The notes beneath the pieces are model-generated. The model saw only the letters and a list, made by a program, of their open reading frames with translations, searched no databases and was not told where the DNA came from. A stretch of DNA of 64,000 nucleotides from Candidatus Cloacimonadales bacterium (GTDB lineage: Bacteria > Cloacimonadota > Cloacimonadia > Cloacimonadales > JAIOQZ01), in assembly GCA_963665815.1 (NCBI GenBank), contig OY762463.1:864001-928000 (forward strand), read 5' to 3'. The stretch's first letter is position 1. Every line of letters starts with the position of its first letter. Positions 61,301 through 64,000 of this stretch are shown here, one piece after another. Position numbers and translations under genes: made by a program.

Positions 61301-64000
61301 GATTACAGCTTCGGAAAATGGATTCAAAGGGGGAAACATTCATCTCCCACTCTTCCTCTACAGACGCAAGAAAGATTCTATGTTAGAAAACAGAGTAAAG
61401 TATGACCATATTGCTAAAGCTCAAATAGTTAAAAATCATCCAAATATATTCATTCAGAATCACCCTCAGGAGGAACAGCTCCTTAAAGAAAAAATCGGAT
61501 TGATTCCGGAAGCATTACAAAAAAAGCCTTCCGGAGAAGAGCCTGAGCAAAACAGGAATAGTTTCAGCTACCCTGACATGAGCAATATTAAACAAGAATT
61601 ATCTGCAAGAAACCTTACACCATCTAATCAGATGCTATCTGGTTCTAAGCCCAGAATCCTCTTTGTCTGTCACAATTTTCCCCCGCATAAATACGGTGGA
61701 GCTCAATTATACGCTATGCATCTGGCAAAGAAGATTAATGAGCTTGGCATTGCTGATGTAGAAATTCTATATCCCTTATTCCGGGGAGAAATCCGACAGT
61801 TTGGTCTGATTGAAACAGAGTTTGAAGGATTGAAAGTTTTTCAACTTGCCAAAGACTTTTCTAAAGGTTTTGAGTTAGCAGTTAGGCATCCCTATGTAGA
61901 GAAAGTATTCGATAAATTCCTCAGTATGCGTCATTATGATGCTATTCACTTTCATGGACTGGGGCAGTTGACTCCTGTTCCTATTGAAGTAGCATACAAA
62001 AAAGGAATCAAAACTGTCATGACGTTCCATGAGCACTGGTTCCTGTGCTTCTTCTGGTTCTTGATGTCAAATCGTGATTCCGAAATATGTTCAGGCCCTG
62101 AAAGCATAGATAAATGCACAAAGTGTGTACTGCAAAAATATCAGAGTATACCTGATATCAGAAAAAACTATAATGATGTACGTCATTTTATTGCATCCAG
62201 ATTCGAGTATTACAAAATGATGTTCGATATTATTGATTACAAGTTTGCACCGAGTCAATATCTTATTAACAAGTTCGAGGAATATGATTTTAGAGGTATT
62301 CAGGTAAATAATCTCGGTATGGAACCTATGGAATATGTTGCAAAGAAAAAACATTCCGGTATAAGATTCGGGATTATCGGTCAGATTTCACCAAGAAAAG
62401 GAACGGATATTCTTCTAAGAGCTTTTCAAAGTCTGAGCAAATCCGAAAAAGACAAACTTCACGTACACGGAAAATGTTATTTTGAAGGTTACATGAACAT
62501 GATTCTTCAAATGATTTCAACAACCACAGGAGCTGAGTATCAAGGTGCTTATACACCTGAAGATCTTCCACATATCCTTTCTGAAATCGATGTCCTTATT
62601 GTTCCATCTTTATGGGAAAACTATCCACTTGTTGTACAGGAAGCATTTCTATGTAAAGTCCCCGTGATAACAAGTAATACAGGTGGATTTCCAGAAGTTG
62701 TAAAACATGGAACAAACGGACTTCTCTTCAAAGCTGGATCTTATATAGACCTTGCAGAAAAAATGCAGTACATTTTAGATAATCCTAATAAAGTTCTTGA
62801 ATTCAGCAATAATATCAAACCTGTAAAAACACTTACTGAAGATGCAGAGTACTACACCAGTTTATACAAGAAAAAAATAGAAAGATGTAATGACACAAAA
62901 TTCAGTGCTGCTCATGTAAATAGCATATCCCCAGAAAAGAGAGAACTGAAAAACCTGACTGTACAATTTTATATGCAGAAGTCTGTTCACTGGCCAATAT
63001 ATGAGAATTTATATGAACATGTGAAACTGCAGCCGGAAGTTGATAAGATTGTCTTTTGTATTCCACGACTTACTGAAGTGGTAAACTCAGGGTATTATGA
63101 TGAAATTTCCAGACTAATTGACAAGGTTGACGAAGTTGTTATGCATCCCGCAGATGCAAATGCAGATGTTACTTTTATTGCCAGCACTGTACAAGGTAAA
63201 GTCTGGAATTGCGGTAAGGTTGTCAGTATAGGTCACGGAACCATATCTAAAGGATTTTTCTTCAGCGATAATGTCTGGGTACATAGAGAAAACTGGGTAG
63301 ACTTGCTTTGCGTTCCCGGTAACTATGCTTATCAGCTCTATAAGAAAATATTGTCTACAAACATTGCTGCAACTGGCATGCCTAAACTGGATTCAGCTTT
63401 CAATAAAGATTATGATAAAAGCTATCTCTGTCAAAAATACAATCTTGACCCCAACAAAAAAATCGTGCTGTATGCTCCAACATTCAATACCAATCTCAGC
63501 AGTGTGTATAATTTTGCAGAAAGATTCCATGAACTTGACCAGATGGGTTTCTATACACTTGTAAAACTACATGGAACAACTCTGCCAAGAATGTTCAGCC
63601 ATTACAGAGCACTTGGAGCAAATTTCAGTAACATTGTTTTTGTGGAGGAGTCAAATCTTGCCTATCTTCTTGCCGGCTCAGACATTATGATTTCTGATGT
63701 ATCTTCGGCATTTATGGAGTTTATGGCTCTGGATAAACCTGTAATTCTGTATAATAATCCGGAAAGATTCCAATATCACGGTTTCCATGAAACAGATATT
63801 GAATGGGCATGGCGAGATCTTGGAACCCAGATAAACAGCTTTGATGAACTGCTCAGGATACTTCCCGGTATTCTCAGGAATGGAGACGGCAAATCTGCTA
63901 TCAGAAAAAAATATGCTGAAACGCTCTTGGCTGATCTGGAAGGAAAGGCATCAGAAAGAGTTTGGAATGCTGTTAGGGAAGTCTTACCTGCTGAATCAAC
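58317..64000 (+). CDS. Giant multidomain glycan-synthesis protein (ParB/Srx-like + methyltransferase + GT4 + GT2 + GT4 + TagF-like), 3' truncated by window
   Basis: AGGAG RBS and ATG 58317; frame open to window end (at least 1894 codons); motifs NGRHR, VLDIGTHWG, KLRDYCSRGIP, VSVVIP/LDSDD, PSLWENYPLVVQEA, YAPTF and ISDVSS. Confidence 0.9.
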   Translation, partial: MLQKDDPKVIMISPDTIRYAMIEEFQINEYTGEVLDGDWDRKIQKFDDRIDFYESFKMRLKDIPWQETPYFERVMREINQGYEKWGCTTEEQFLNRCIRLEGIYLNMKENGYIQNPDKDYAAVNIGRDGEIIFNNGRHRICFAKILNIPEIPVKITVRHSEWNQFREKVLTYASKHNGVVYAPLKHPDLKDIPSLHAGRFPYIKKHINPDSKTVLDIGTHWGYMCSKLEEECGKECFAIENGKGTFYYLEKIRKANEQNYHTIFANIFDFTRKYNKFDTVLALAIFHHFIKTPELHQELVDMLNRLEMKEMFLQAHRTDEPQMQGVYRNYSPDEFAQFIVDNSCLTHYKEICDFEGRKLFHIYKKETVQIGRKSFKGLGGLTIKTHREAPVKESQKLPPSKKVMFLGFVNGSYPQILNKIYNKYKAFKKIHNNTELLLIGKGDDKLPADLPFKYYDIRKIMPKANFLQTMQLSVSIVNSLIDEMKPDYIYMRYPLANEHTVSFVKKHKNLIVEFQTKQFEEFEKSSPKLLNLEKQYCKEFLSNIDTISAVTKEIADYEKNISGKNIPTFIFTNGVDVSSRPENDVLQEDIIHIAYVSMYAQYWQGIDRILYGISNSNAKNIKLHFIGNVTDDVRSMINQLGLNNIVELHGVMDEKGIDSILQKCSVGIGAMAVHRKGLKEAAAIKLRDYCSRGIPFVYSGDDSDFSTNLPFVHQYPLNDEPLDFSHIIKLAKEHNNSESRKKIRDYALSHLDWNVKAEKIMSFLYSLDSGEPIVDSADEYNTLRKLATNLKADKGNLEITKQLIAEMLRKKDEKITSGPLVSVVIPYYMQPETIVETLLSVYNQSYRNFEVILVNDGDTKEVEDVVNNNAQLFPDLNLKYFRKENEGLAATRNFGISKAEGKYVLPLDSDDMLASDFLKETVNYLEQHKDIDFVFTETLFYGAKNEIWAFRDFDPSYLIKRNMMTCTTLFRKEVWVQTGGYRTNMKHGYEDWDFWITASENGFKGGNIHLPLFLYRRKKDSMLENRVKYDHIAKAQIVKNHPNIFIQNHPQEEQLLKEKIGLIPEALQKKPSGEEPEQNRNSFSYPDMSNIKQELSARNLTPSNQMLSGSKPRILFVCHNFPPHKYGGAQLYAMHLAKKINELGIADVEILYPLFRGEIRQFGLIETEFEGLKVFQLAKDFSKGFELAVRHPYVEKVFDKFLSMRHYDAIHFHGLGQLTPVPIEVAYKKGIKTVMTFHEHWFLCFFWFLMSNRDSEICSGPESIDKCTKCVLQKYQSIPDIRKNYNDVRHFIASRFEYYKMMFDIIDYKFAPSQYLINKFEEYDFRGIQVNNLGMEPMEYVAKKKHSGIRFGIIGQISPRKGTDILLRAFQSLSKSEKDKLHVHGKCYFEGYMNMILQMISTTTGAEYQGAYTPEDLPHILSEIDVLIVPSLWENYPLVVQEAFLCKVPVITSNTGGFPEVVKHGTNGLLFKAGSYIDLAEKMQYILDNPNKVLEFSNNIKPVKTLTEDAEYYTSLYKKKIERCNDTKFSAAHVNSISPEKRELKNLTVQFYMQKSVHWPIYENLYEHVKLQPEVDKIVFCIPRLTEVVNSGYYDEISRLIDKVDEVVMHPADANADVTFIASTVQGKVWNCGKVVSIGHGTISKGFFFSDNVWVHRENWVDLLCVPGNYAYQLYKKILSTNIAATGMPKLDSAFNKDYDKSYLCQKYNLDPNKKIVLYAPTFNTNLSSVYNFAERFHELDQMGFYTLVKLHGTTLPRMFSHYRALGANFSNIVFVEESNLAYLLAGSDIMISDVSSAFMEFMALDKPVILYNNPERFQYHGFHETDIEWAWRDLGTQINSFDELLRILPGILRNGDGKSAIRKKYAETLLADLEGKASERVWNAVREVLPAES

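Noticed and set aside
58154-63564. Short ORFs listed in the track after 58.1 kb
   Set aside because: All are antisense or off-frame shadows of the TPR gene end or the giant ORF starting at 58317
1-64000. CRISPR arrays, tRNA/rRNA genes, transposases, prophage genes
   Set aside because: No regularly spaced repeats, RNA-gene signatures or such ORFs seen by eye; intergenic gaps are short

Overview
Low-GC bacterial chromosome segment. Secreted proteins ending in LPVELSSF...YPNPFNP FlgD-Ig/T9SS-like domains suggest an FCB-group organism such as Cloacimonadota; this is an inference. In order, the window holds the end of a chemotaxis operon (cheR, a degenerate and an intact cheD, HDOD, cheY-like, cheX-like, cheB), two tandem TPR histidine kinases, sugar-nucleotide and glycosyltransferase genes, and a sigma28-type promoter before an unknown gene. 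Next come two tandem signal-peptide-bearing acyl-carrier-protein homologues that lack the phosphopantetheine serine, divergent from a TPR/PAS kinase and NtrC pair, followed by secreted proteins behind a sigma54-type promoter. Housekeeping genes are dinB, der, plsY, purF, rfaE1, rfaE2, ddl, folB and folK. There is also a FecR / outer-membrane protein / CHASE2 adenylate cyclase module and a decayed SPASM-ABC-propeller islet. A six-domain glycan-synthesis ORF of at least 1894 codons runs off the window end and is missing from the ORF track. A small MITE-like family (two clear copies and one short candidate) sits just upstream of start codons. No rRNA, tRNA or CRISPR array was seen.
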